A stretch of DNA of 64,000 bases from an uncultured Gammaproteobacteria bacterium. GTDB lineage: Bacteria > Patescibacteriota > Microgenomatia > UBA10105 > UBA927. Below the pieces are notes generated by a model that saw nothing but the letters and a program-made list of their open reading frames with translations, made no database searches and was not told where the DNA came from. Where the stretch lies: the NCBI GenBank assembly GCA_964596355.1, contig CAZQTD010000002.1:24929-88928 (forward strand), given 5' to 3'. Shown piece by piece: positions 56,026 through 64,000 of this stretch; the first letter of the stretch is position 1, and every line of letters starts with the position of its first letter. Both the position numbers and the translations under genes were made by a program.

Positions 56026-58342
56026 CATGAATAGTGTGCGAAAGAACTTGTGGTCGATTCTTTTGATCGTCGCGGTGTGGCTTATATTTTCTTCACCGTA
56101 CATTTTGAAAGGCCTTGTTCCGTTTCCGTCGACGTATTTGGTTACCTTTTTTCCGCCGTGGAGCGCAACGTACGGAATGCCGGTCAAAAACTCCGCGATG
56201 CCGGACGTCATTACACAAATCTATCCATGGAAGACATTGACCATCGAACGCTGGAAAGCCGGACAAATCCCCCTATGGAACCCGTATAGTTTTTCCGGGA
56301 CTGCTCACGCCGCCAACTACCAAACCGCCGTGTTTTCACCGGTGCAAGCGTTATTTTTTTTACTTCCTTTTATAGATGCGTGGAGCATTATGATTCTCAT
56401 TCAGCCCCTTCTTGCCGGGATATTCATGTATGTATTGTTGCGAAGTTTCAATCGATCGGGCGCAGCGAGTGTTATCGGAAGTCTTGCATTTATGTTTTGC
56501 GGGTTCATGGTTACATGGATGGCATATGGAACGCTTGGCTACGCTGCGCTTTGGCTGCCGCTTATTTTCTACGCAATTCATAGCGGGTGGGAAAGACCCA
56601 CTGTCTGGAAATACGCTATGGTTAGTATCGGTCTTGCATTATCCTTTCTTTCGGGCCACTTTCAGATAAGCCTTTATGTTTCGCTACTATCTTGCGGTTA
56701 CATCGCTTATCGAATACTTCGGACAAAGGAATATGCGACGGGTCTAAGATTTGCCCTGTTTTTTCTGCTTGGCCTCCTCATTGCAGCGCCCCAATTATTA
56801 TTGAGTTTTGATGCATATACCAAGTCGGTCAGGATGACGAATTATGTCAAGGCAGAGATCATTCCTTGGGAGTATCTTATTACGCTTCTTGCGCCTGATT
56901 TTTACGGCAATCCGGTCACCCGCAACGACTGGTTTGGACATTACGCGGAATGGGCAGGGTATATAGGCGTAGCTCCGCTTCTTTTGGCTTTGTTTTCTGT
57001 ATCCAAAAAAAGAAAACAAGATGAATGGTTTTTTATACTCTGCAGTGGTGCCGCCTTGCTGTTGGCGTTGCCGACTCCATTTACCGATTTTCTTTTCATG
57101 ATAAAACTTCCTGTACTGTCAACAAGCGCCGCATCAAGAATTATTATTCTTGTCAGTTTCAGCCTCGCGACGCTATCGGCATATGGCTTTGACCATTTGA
57201 ACGAAAGATGGAAAAAATGCACGCTTCTGCCGGTTTTTCGGTTTATACTTTTTGTATTGATTATCGTTGGGGGCATATGGATATACATGGTCGTCGCCCG
57301 TCCGCTCCCTGCGGATAAGCTAGCGATCGCCAAACGAAATTTTATCCTCCCCACAGCGTTGACCGTCGCGTCGCTTGCCATATTCATCGCGGGTTTTGTG
57401 AAGAAGGCTGGCATGTCGCTTCTTGCGCCGTTTCTTCTGTGTCTGGTTGTTGCGTTTGACGTCAGTAGATTTGCGACAAAATGGATGCCGTTTGACCCAA
57501 AAGAATATATGTACCCAAAGGAAAAATCTCTTCAATTCCTTGAGTCTCATGCAGGATATGACCGAGTGTTTGGAAATATCGGGAATGAAGTGGCATCGAT
57601 GTTTCATCTGTCTGTTGTGGAAGGGTATGACGCGATGTATCAGGGGAGATATGCTGAATTTATCAACGCGGCATCCAAAGGGAAGGTCATTGAAGGTGAT
57701 CGGTCTGTGGTTCAATTTGATAAACATGGACTCTATAAAAAGGAAGCGCTGCAGCTTTTGGGTGTTCGGTATATATACCACAGGGTGAGGGACGGCAGGG
57801 CGCCATGGGTATTTCCATACTGGGAATACGGCGCCATGCGGCAGGTATATAACGATTCTGTTTATTGGATTTACGAATATACCGACGCCTATCCGCGGGC
57901 GTTTTTAGCGTCATCATACACGGTAGCAGTTGATAAGCAGGATATCATTGATGCGCTGTTTGCACCGGAGTTTGACCGCAGGGACACGCTTGTTCTTGAG
58001 GAAACTCCTCATTTGGAGCCTCAACCCGGACCGGGACAAGCCACGATACGGTCATATACCCCCAACGAGGTGATAATAGAGACGGAATCTTCCGTGCCGA
58101 AATTGCTGTTTTTATCTGACGTCTTTGACTCCGGCTGGAAGGCGTATATCGACGGAACGGCGTCACATCTGTATCGAGCGGATTATGATTTTCGTGCGGT
58201 TGCCGTGCCGGCGGGCAGTCACACGGTCCGATTTGTCTACTCCCCAACCTCTTTACGTATTGGAATACTGCTTTTTAGTATCGCGCTTGCAGGTATAATC
58301 GGATTACTTGGTAAAACAATCTATGAACATCGGGTTATATAG
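56015..58342 (+). CDS. YfhO-family GT-C glycosyltransferase (paralog A)
   Basis: 775 aa with more than 12 TM helices. N-terminal block PDVITQIYPWKTLTIERWKAGQIPLWNPYSFSGTAHAANYQTAVFSP and a large C-terminal extracytoplasmic domain. Confidence 0.65.
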   Translation: MKDDMNSVRKNLWSILLIVAVWLIFSSPYILKGLVPFPSTYLVTFFPPWSATYGMPVKNSAMPDVITQIYPWKTLTIERWKAGQIPLWNPYSFSGTAHAANYQTAVFSPVQALFFLLPFIDAWSIMILIQPLLAGIFMYVLLRSFNRSGAASVIGSLAFMFCGFMVTWMAYGTLGYAALWLPLIFYAIHSGWERPTVWKYAMVSIGLALSFLSGHFQISLYVSLLSCGYIAYRILRTKEYATGLRFALFFLLGLLIAAPQLLLSFDAYTKSVRMTNYVKAEIIPWEYLITLLAPDFYGNPVTRNDWFGHYAEWAGYIGVAPLLLALFSVSKKRKQDEWFFILCSGAALLLALPTPFTDFLFMIKLPVLSTSAASRIIILVSFSLATLSAYGFDHLNERWKKCTLLPVFRFILFVLIIVGGIWIYMVVARPLPADKLAIAKRNFILPTALTVASLAIFIAGFVKKAGMSLLAPFLLCLVVAFDVSRFATKWMPFDPKEYMYPKEKSLQFLESHAGYDRVFGNIGNEVASMFHLSVVEGYDAMYQGRYAEFINAASKGKVIEGDRSVVQFDKHGLYKKEALQLLGVRYIYHRVRDGRAPWVFPYWEYGAMRQVYNDSVYWIYEYTDAYPRAFLASSYTVAVDKQDIIDALFAPEFDRRDTLVLEETPHLEPQPGPGQATIRSYTPNEVIIETESSVPKLLFLSDVFDSGWKAYIDGTASHLYRADYDFRAVAVPAGSHTVRFVYSPTSLRIGILLFSIALAGIIGLLGKTIYEHRVI

Positions 58343-59345
58343 TCCGTATTTGGATTCGTTAAGCGGTGGTGAGCGGTATGTATTGACCATCGCGTCTCAC
58401 TGGTCGAAAACTCATACCGTGTCGATTTTTTGGAATGATCCTGCAATCACAACGATTGCAGGCAAGCGCTTTAATGTGGATTTAAGAACTGTTGCCGTCA
58501 AGCCCAATATATTTGTGCGAGGAAACTACTTCGGGAAATTGATTGAATCTCGCCGGTATGACTGCATCGTTTTTTTAAGCGACGGCAGCATTCCAATAAG
58601 TTTTGCGCGGAGAAATATTTTGCATTTTCAAGTTCCGTTTCAGCGCGTATTGTTTCCGCCGTGGAAGCGTGCGCTGTATAAACATATTGTATGCAATTCT
58701 CGCTTTACGAAAGACCATATCGATCCTGCTATTGGATCTCGTGCCCGCGTGATTTATCCACCGGTAGATGTGGAGCCTCAAAAGACGGTAAAAAAAGAAC
58801 CCATCATTTTGTCTGTGGGGAGGTTTTCTGAACTTAAAAATCAACGGGTGCTCATATCGGCTTTCAAGGAAGGGTACACGGCAGGCCGTTTTCCCAGGTG
58901 GAAGCTGGTTATGGCTGGGGGACTGCTGCCCAGTGATAGGAAGTATTACGAATCCTTGCGCCTGCAGGCGAGGCAATTGCCCGTCACATTTTATCCGAAC
59001 ATTGCGTACGAAGATCTTTGGAAGCTTTACGCAACGTCTGCGATTTTTTGGCATGCTGCTGGTTTCGGGCAAACGAAGCCGGAAAATATGGAGCACTTCG
59101 GCATTACGACGGTGGAAGCTATGGCAGCCGGCTGCATCCCGGTCGTTGTAAGTGCCGGAGGATTGAAAGAGATCGTGACGCATGGCAAAGACGGGTATCT
59201 GTGGAAAAATCCCAAGGAGCTCATTGAGTATTCGCTTGCCGCAATGACAGGAGAAAAGGCGGCTTTCCAAAAGAGAGCACAAACAAGAGCGTTAGATTTT
59301 AACGTTATGAAGTTTTGCCAGTCTTTTGACAGACTCCTTGTATGA
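58323..59345 (+). CDS. GT4 (GT-B fold) glycosyltransferase
   Basis: GGERYVLTIASHW N-terminal motif and C-terminal EHFGITTVEAMAAGCIPVV...GG..E, typical of group 1 (GT4) transferases. Start at MNIGLY. Confidence 0.65.
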   Translation: MNIGLYSPYLDSLSGGERYVLTIASHWSKTHTVSIFWNDPAITTIAGKRFNVDLRTVAVKPNIFVRGNYFGKLIESRRYDCIVFLSDGSIPISFARRNILHFQVPFQRVLFPPWKRALYKHIVCNSRFTKDHIDPAIGSRARVIYPPVDVEPQKTVKKEPIILSVGRFSELKNQRVLISAFKEGYTAGRFPRWKLVMAGGLLPSDRKYYESLRLQARQLPVTFYPNIAYEDLWKLYATSAIFWHAAGFGQTKPENMEHFGITTVEAMAAGCIPVVVSAGGLKEIVTHGKDGYLWKNPKELIEYSLAAMTGEKAAFQKRAQTRALDFNVMKFCQSFDRLLV

Positions 59346-61633
59346 AACGCCGGCTTTTTTTCCTTCACATTTGCTTGTTTGGTGTTGCAGCGCTGTTATT
59401 TTTTTATAAAACACTGTTTTTTGGGCTTTTGCCGGTTCCTTCAGACGCGCTCGTCGGTTTGTATCATCCGTGGCGGGACGCTTTTGCGCAGGAATATCCC
59501 CGCGGCATGCCGTTTAAGAACTTTTTGATTACCGATCCGGTCAGGCAGCAAATCCCGTGGCGGAAGCTTGCGGCGGACTCGTGGAAGCGGGGTGAGCCGC
59601 CGGCATGGAACCCAACTGCATTTTCTGGAACGCCGCTTGGCGCCAATGTTCAATCTGCCGCGTTTTACCCGCTCAACGTCTTGTTTTTGTTTTTGCCGTT
59701 TAGTGCGGCGTGGAGCGTCCTTATCCTTATCCAGCCGGTTATTGGCGGGATAGGCATGTTCCTTTATTTGGGTATGCTTGGCCTTGCAGCACCGGCAGCG
59801 ATGGTGGGCGCGATACTTTTTGGGTTTAGCGGTACTGCTGTAGCATGGATGACGTGGGGAACAATTGGACACGTTATGATGTGGACGCCGTTTGTCTTAA
59901 TTGCGGTCGAACGGCTTTTTTCTCCGTGTGACTATTCAAAGCACCGGCCGTTGTGGATTATACTGATAGCCGTTCTTTTTGTCCTTCAAATTACGGCGGG
60001 TCATCTGCAAGTTGCATTGTACTCAATAGGATTGGCGGCAATCTATGCTGTATGGAAATACACGATGAGCCCAAAAGATATGGTTCGCAAGCTACTGGGA
60101 TTTGCGCTGGCTTGCCTTAGTGCGCTTATTATTATCCTTCCGATACTTATTCCGCTTGTGAGGTTTCTAACAAGCACAAGTCGTCTGGCTGGAGCAAACT
60201 ACATGTCCGAAGGATTTTTTTTCCCACCAATCCACCTCATACAACTTATTGCGCCGGATTTTTTCGGGAACCCAGCAACGATGAATTATTGGGGGACGTG
60301 GAACTACGGTGAAATGGTGGCCTACGCGGGAGTTGGGGGCATTCTCTTTGCCCTTCTGGGCCTGACCGCATGGAAATCCAATACACACGTGCGGTTCTGG
60401 GCGTTCGTGGCCGGAGCTTCGGTAGTCCTAACTACCAAAAACCCTCTGACGCTTGCCGTCTATACGGCAAAAATTCCCATCCTTTCCTCTTTGCAGCCCA
60501 CGCGGCTTCTTATCATTTTTGATCCGGCGCTTGCCGTACTTGCCGCGATCGGGTTTGACAGATTTATCCGTGAGAAAACTCCGGCCGTACGGTATATCTG
60601 CGCGGGTATCGGGGGCATCATAGGTATTGCCGGGGTCATTGTTTCATACGCGCTTCTGACAACACGTGACGTTTTATTGCAGACCAATTATATGGTTGCA
60701 CGAAGAAATCTCATTATTCCCGCTGCCCTCCTTCTGGTGTCCGTTATTCTCATTGAGGCATATGAGCGATTGTTTATTATGAAACGGTTGAATTTTCTGA
60801 AAACCGCGATCGTTTACTGCCTCGTCGGCGTGATCATTGCAGACCTATTCCGATTCGGCTGGAAATTCTTGCCGTTTACCGATTCCAAACACTTTTTTCC
60901 GGAAACGCAGATAATCGCATTTTTTAAACGCCAGAAACAACCATTCCGGATTATGACGCTCGATGACCGCGTATTTCCTCCTGATGCGCAGGCGTATTAC
61001 GGCCTGTCTTCAGTGGGAGGATACGATCCGCTTAGATCCGCGCGGTACGAGCGATTCATCGCTGTTGTCGAACAGGATCGAAGCGATGTTGCGCCTCCGT
61101 ATGGATTTGAGAGGATAATCAATCCGAAAAACTACCGCTCACGGTTGTTTGATCTTTTGCGCGTCCGGTATCTTGTGAGTTTGGAAGACATACGCGACCG
61201 GCAATTTTCCCTCGTGTTTCAGGAAGGGCAAACGCGCGTATACGAATATACGCGCGCTTTGCCGCTGGGACATTTCGTAACAACGCTCCTGCCTGCTTCT
61301 CGTAATGATGCGGCGCTAACTGCGATGGTTTCCGATGATTTTGATCCGCGCAAGCACGCAGTGGTCGAGGGCTTGGGAAAAGACGCAGTGCTGTTTTTAT
61401 CCGAATCGGAAGATACGGTGAAGGTTGTTGGATACAGTCAAAATAACACACTATTTTCCACGCATACAAAGGAGCATAAGTTTTTGTCTACTGGACTTAT
61501 ATACGATCCGGGGCTTCGGGCAACGGTAGACGGCAAAGCGGCACGAGTTTACCGGACAAATTACGTATATTCTGGTATTATAGTCCCCAGCGGTGACCAC
61601 ACGGTCGCATTCACCTACAGACTCATTGATTGA
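59342..61633 (+). CDS. YfhO-family GT-C glycosyltransferase (paralog B)
   Basis: 763 aa. N-terminal block TDPVRQQIPWRKLAADSWKRGEPPAWNPTAFSGTPLGANVQSAAFYP aligns with the gene at 56015. Multi-TM. Confidence 0.65.
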   Translation: MKRRLFFLHICLFGVAALLFFYKTLFFGLLPVPSDALVGLYHPWRDAFAQEYPRGMPFKNFLITDPVRQQIPWRKLAADSWKRGEPPAWNPTAFSGTPLGANVQSAAFYPLNVLFLFLPFSAAWSVLILIQPVIGGIGMFLYLGMLGLAAPAAMVGAILFGFSGTAVAWMTWGTIGHVMMWTPFVLIAVERLFSPCDYSKHRPLWIILIAVLFVLQITAGHLQVALYSIGLAAIYAVWKYTMSPKDMVRKLLGFALACLSALIIILPILIPLVRFLTSTSRLAGANYMSEGFFFPPIHLIQLIAPDFFGNPATMNYWGTWNYGEMVAYAGVGGILFALLGLTAWKSNTHVRFWAFVAGASVVLTTKNPLTLAVYTAKIPILSSLQPTRLLIIFDPALAVLAAIGFDRFIREKTPAVRYICAGIGGIIGIAGVIVSYALLTTRDVLLQTNYMVARRNLIIPAALLLVSVILIEAYERLFIMKRLNFLKTAIVYCLVGVIIADLFRFGWKFLPFTDSKHFFPETQIIAFFKRQKQPFRIMTLDDRVFPPDAQAYYGLSSVGGYDPLRSARYERFIAVVEQDRSDVAPPYGFERIINPKNYRSRLFDLLRVRYLVSLEDIRDRQFSLVFQEGQTRVYEYTRALPLGHFVTTLLPASRNDAALTAMVSDDFDPRKHAVVEGLGKDAVLFLSESEDTVKVVGYSQNNTLFSTHTKEHKFLSTGLIYDPGLRATVDGKAARVYRTNYVYSGIIVPSGDHTVAFTYRLID

Positions 61634-62565
61634 TACGCGCTATGAAAAATCGACCGCTTACGATTTCTGTCGTCATTCCCAATTGGAATGGCCGAGTGCT
61701 GCTTGAACGCCATTTGCCCACAATAGTGGCCAGATCTGCGGTGGCGCGTGAGATTATTGTTGTTGATGACGGATCAACTGATGATTCATGCGAATTCGTT
61801 AAAAAAAATTACCCGAACATCGTAATTGTTCAAAAGCAAAAAAATGAGGGATTTGCATCTACTGTGAATATCGGTGTTAAGAAAGCCGCGAGCGAACTGG
61901 TATGTCTTTTAAATACCGACGTTCTGCCGGAAAAGGGGTATCTGGAAGCTGTTATACCGCATTTTGCCAACCCAAAGGTTTTTGCCGTCGGCAGTCTGGA
62001 TAAAAGTCATGAAGGAAACCGCGTCGTTGACCGCGGCCGGGGCCTATCTCGGTGGGAACGCGGGTTTTATATTCACAAGCGCGGAGACGTGAATAAATCA
62101 ACGACTGCATGGGTTGCCGGCGGAAGCGGAACATTCCGACGATCCGTGTGGCTGTCACTGGCAGGCATGGATACACTCTACAATCCGTTTTATTGGGAAG
62201 ATATTGATTTATCATACCGCGCGATTAAAGCAGGATATTCTCTCATATTTGAGCCGAAAAGCATTGTTCACCACATGCACACCGAAGGGGCAATAACGAA
62301 GCATTTTTCGCCTTGGGTAGTCAAACGGATTGCCTATAGAAATCAATTTATTTTCCACTGGAAAAACATATCCGATGGCGGCATCATCGTTTCACATCTG
62401 GCATGGTTACCCGTCCGTTTGATTCAGGCGTGCTTTCGCCTTGACACGGCGATAATCGTCGGATTTTTCGGAGCGCTTCTTCGATTGCCTCGCATTATAC
62501 CCAAACGGCTTGACGCCATCCGTCGCTGGAAACTTCCGGATGACGCGTGCGTGCTTCCAAAATGA
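61630..62565 (+). CDS. GT2 glycosyltransferase
   Basis: ISVVIPNWNG, VVDDGSTDDS and an EDIDLSYR motif. 4-nt overlap with the YfhO gene. Confidence 0.75.
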   Translation: MIRAMKNRPLTISVVIPNWNGRVLLERHLPTIVARSAVAREIIVVDDGSTDDSCEFVKKNYPNIVIVQKQKNEGFASTVNIGVKKAASELVCLLNTDVLPEKGYLEAVIPHFANPKVFAVGSLDKSHEGNRVVDRGRGLSRWERGFYIHKRGDVNKSTTAWVAGGSGTFRRSVWLSLAGMDTLYNPFYWEDIDLSYRAIKAGYSLIFEPKSIVHHMHTEGAITKHFSPWVVKRIAYRNQFIFHWKNISDGGIIVSHLAWLPVRLIQACFRLDTAIIVGFFGALLRLPRIIPKRLDAIRRWKLPDDACVLPK

Positions 62566-62573
62566 TTCTGCCG

Positions 62574-63842
62574 TTACAGTTGATAGGGTGATATTCCACT
62601 TTGGGTATAGAGGTAATAAAAATAGAGGTATGACTGGGGGTTTCCGTCAGAAAATCCTATGGTTTTCCCTTCCTTGATTGCCTGTTTTACCAACCTTCTA
62701 TCTTTCGTGAGGTTTCCCTCGGCCGCTAAGAAAAACTTCTGCGTGTTTGTGACTACGTAATACATCCAAAAGATCACTACTGCCGCCTTGGTCACAATTA
62801 ACTTCCGGGCCCATATCCAATGGCTAATATACGCAAGGATAATAATCGCGATATACAAATGGAGAGAAAAGTAATAATCGCTTATTTCGCCGCTATACGC
62901 AGTGAATAGTATCCACGGGACAATGAACCATAACAGCACAAGATAGCGAAGTTTCTTGGCATTATCGCCGGTATGACGCGTGCGGTGCAGGATAAAAAAC
63001 AGCGGGAGATAGAGAAAGCCGCTTGAGCGCAAGAATCCGTACGGGAATTCCAGTATGGATACGAACTTAATGAACGCATCGTGCGTGAGCTGAAAAAATC
63101 GCATCAGATGAAATCCATGATAGTACTGTCCAATATACGTGTTGATGGAGCCTGCACGCCGTCCGCCGGAATGCGCGTAATACAGCGCTTGAGGAATGAG
63201 GCCTGCGCCCAGGATGCATGCGGCAACTGCCAGATATGCTATTTTCGTTTTGTGAAAAGACACCAGCGGCAGCGATAACAGCGTGATGATAAGAAAAAAT
63301 AGTGACGTAACATGAATATGAAACGATAAGGCTAATACGAATCCCAGATAGAGAATGTGTTTGGGTTTTTCAGTTACTGCGCCGTACAAAAAATAGAGTA
63401 TGAGAAGTGAAAACGACGGGATGAAATTTACCGGCCACTGCGAGCGTTCAAAAAATATGATGTACGAGGAGAACGTGTAGATGCACGATGAGATGAGCGC
63501 AATGTTTTCATCAAACAGGCGCTTGGCTACATAATATAAGACAATGAAGTTGAATAGACCTGTGAAGCCGGCAAGAAGCGGAGAAGCGATGGGGTCAAGC
63601 TGCGTTATGGCGTAGAAAACAGCGACGAGATAGTAATAGAACGGGCCGATATAAATACCGCTGTTTGCTTTGGCCACCATGCCCACGAGGGGATATTTAT
63701 GTGCAACGAGAATTCTCACTGCCGCCCACGCGTTGTCAATTTGATCCCACGTAAACGATGCCCAGCGTTCCAAATGATAAAATCGAAAGAACAGGTGAAA
63801 CAGAAATAACAGAAACAAAAGGAAGAAATGCTTTTTATTCAT
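62574..63842 (-). CDS. polytopic GT-C-type glycosyltransferase (paralog of 43068-44609)
   Basis: 422 aa with more than 10 TM helices. WDQIDNAW after TM1 and a GIYIGPFYYYL block shared with the 43068 gene. Convergent with the + strand locus. Confidence 0.5.
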   Translation of the reverse strand: MNKKHFFLLFLLFLFHLFFRFYHLERWASFTWDQIDNAWAAVRILVAHKYPLVGMVAKANSGIYIGPFYYYLVAVFYAITQLDPIASPLLAGFTGLFNFIVLYYVAKRLFDENIALISSCIYTFSSYIIFFERSQWPVNFIPSFSLLILYFLYGAVTEKPKHILYLGFVLALSFHIHVTSLFFLIITLLSLPLVSFHKTKIAYLAVAACILGAGLIPQALYYAHSGGRRAGSINTYIGQYYHGFHLMRFFQLTHDAFIKFVSILEFPYGFLRSSGFLYLPLFFILHRTRHTGDNAKKLRYLVLLWFIVPWILFTAYSGEISDYYFSLHLYIAIIILAYISHWIWARKLIVTKAAVVIFWMYYVVTNTQKFFLAAEGNLTKDRRLVKQAIKEGKTIGFSDGNPQSYLYFYYLYTQSGISPYQL

Positions 63843-63878
63843 GGTATTATATGTAGTAATAGTACTGCATTTATCAGG

Positions 63879-64000
63879 ATGAAGAAACTGTTTGCGACTG
63901 TTCCGTTTGGTCTTATCATCGTCACGCTCATCGCCGGCGCACTTCGATTGCCTGCGTTAGCCAAATACCCCGTTGGATTTCACATCGATGAAGCGTCGCT
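63879..64000 (+). CDS. ArnT/PMT-like GT-C glycosyltransferase, N-terminal fragment (continues beyond window)
   Basis: MKKLFATVPFGLIIVTLIAGALRLPALAKYPVGFHIDEASL has a TM1 then a HIDEA acidic loop motif, like the gene at 46526. Confidence 0.4.
   Translation, partial: MKKLFATVPFGLIIVTLIAGALRLPALAKYPVGFHIDEAS

Noticed and set aside
56941-59282. Minus-strand ORFs (56941-57414, 57320-57781, 58575-59282) inside the YfhO and GT4 genes
   Set aside because: They are antisense to long conserved membrane-protein genes. They are Arg/Lys-rich, shadow-type translations.
1-64000. CRISPR arrays, transposases, integrases or prophage genes
   Set aside because: No repeat-spacer periodicity, recombinase motifs, or phage structural genes were recognised anywhere in the window. 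The tRNA is not flanked by an integrase.

Overview
This is a dense, almost entirely coding 64 kb window, with many 4-32 nt gene overlaps. Stops include TGA and an RF2 gene is present, so the standard code 11 applies. Gene content suggests a small-genome, probably Patescibacteria/CPR-like bacterium, though this cannot be confirmed from sequence alone: truncated SufD and TsaB, a short RmlA, PT-rich linker proteins, a lamin-tail-domain protein, and very many glycosyltransferases. Most of the window is + strand. The first 36 kb holds housekeeping genes. These are a SUF Fe-S assembly operon (sufC, sufB, sufD-like, a Rieske protein, sufS, sufU) followed by a ferredoxin and 2-oxoacid:ferredoxin oxidoreductase genes; lon; TspO; a minus-strand tRNA-Glu with back-to-back consensus promoters; greA; a lysyl-tRNA synthetase carrying a C-terminal HD-hydrolase domain; rdgB; serS; secA; ruvCAB on the minus strand; prfB; ftsE, ftsX and an EnvC-like M23 peptidase; and the t6A genes tsaE, tsaC and tsaB. 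From about 36.4 kb to the window end there is a very large surface-glycosylation locus. It contains rmlACBD, ugd plus an SDR dehydratase, eight GT2 genes (one fused to GtrA), one GT4, a Wzx flippase, and about nine polytopic GT-C-type transferases in four paralogous families (ArnT/PMT-like, a DEGRD family, PTPS-related and YfhO). Upstream there is a separate DegT aminotransferase, Dpm1-like GT2 and DsbA trio. No CRISPR array, transposase or integrase was seen.
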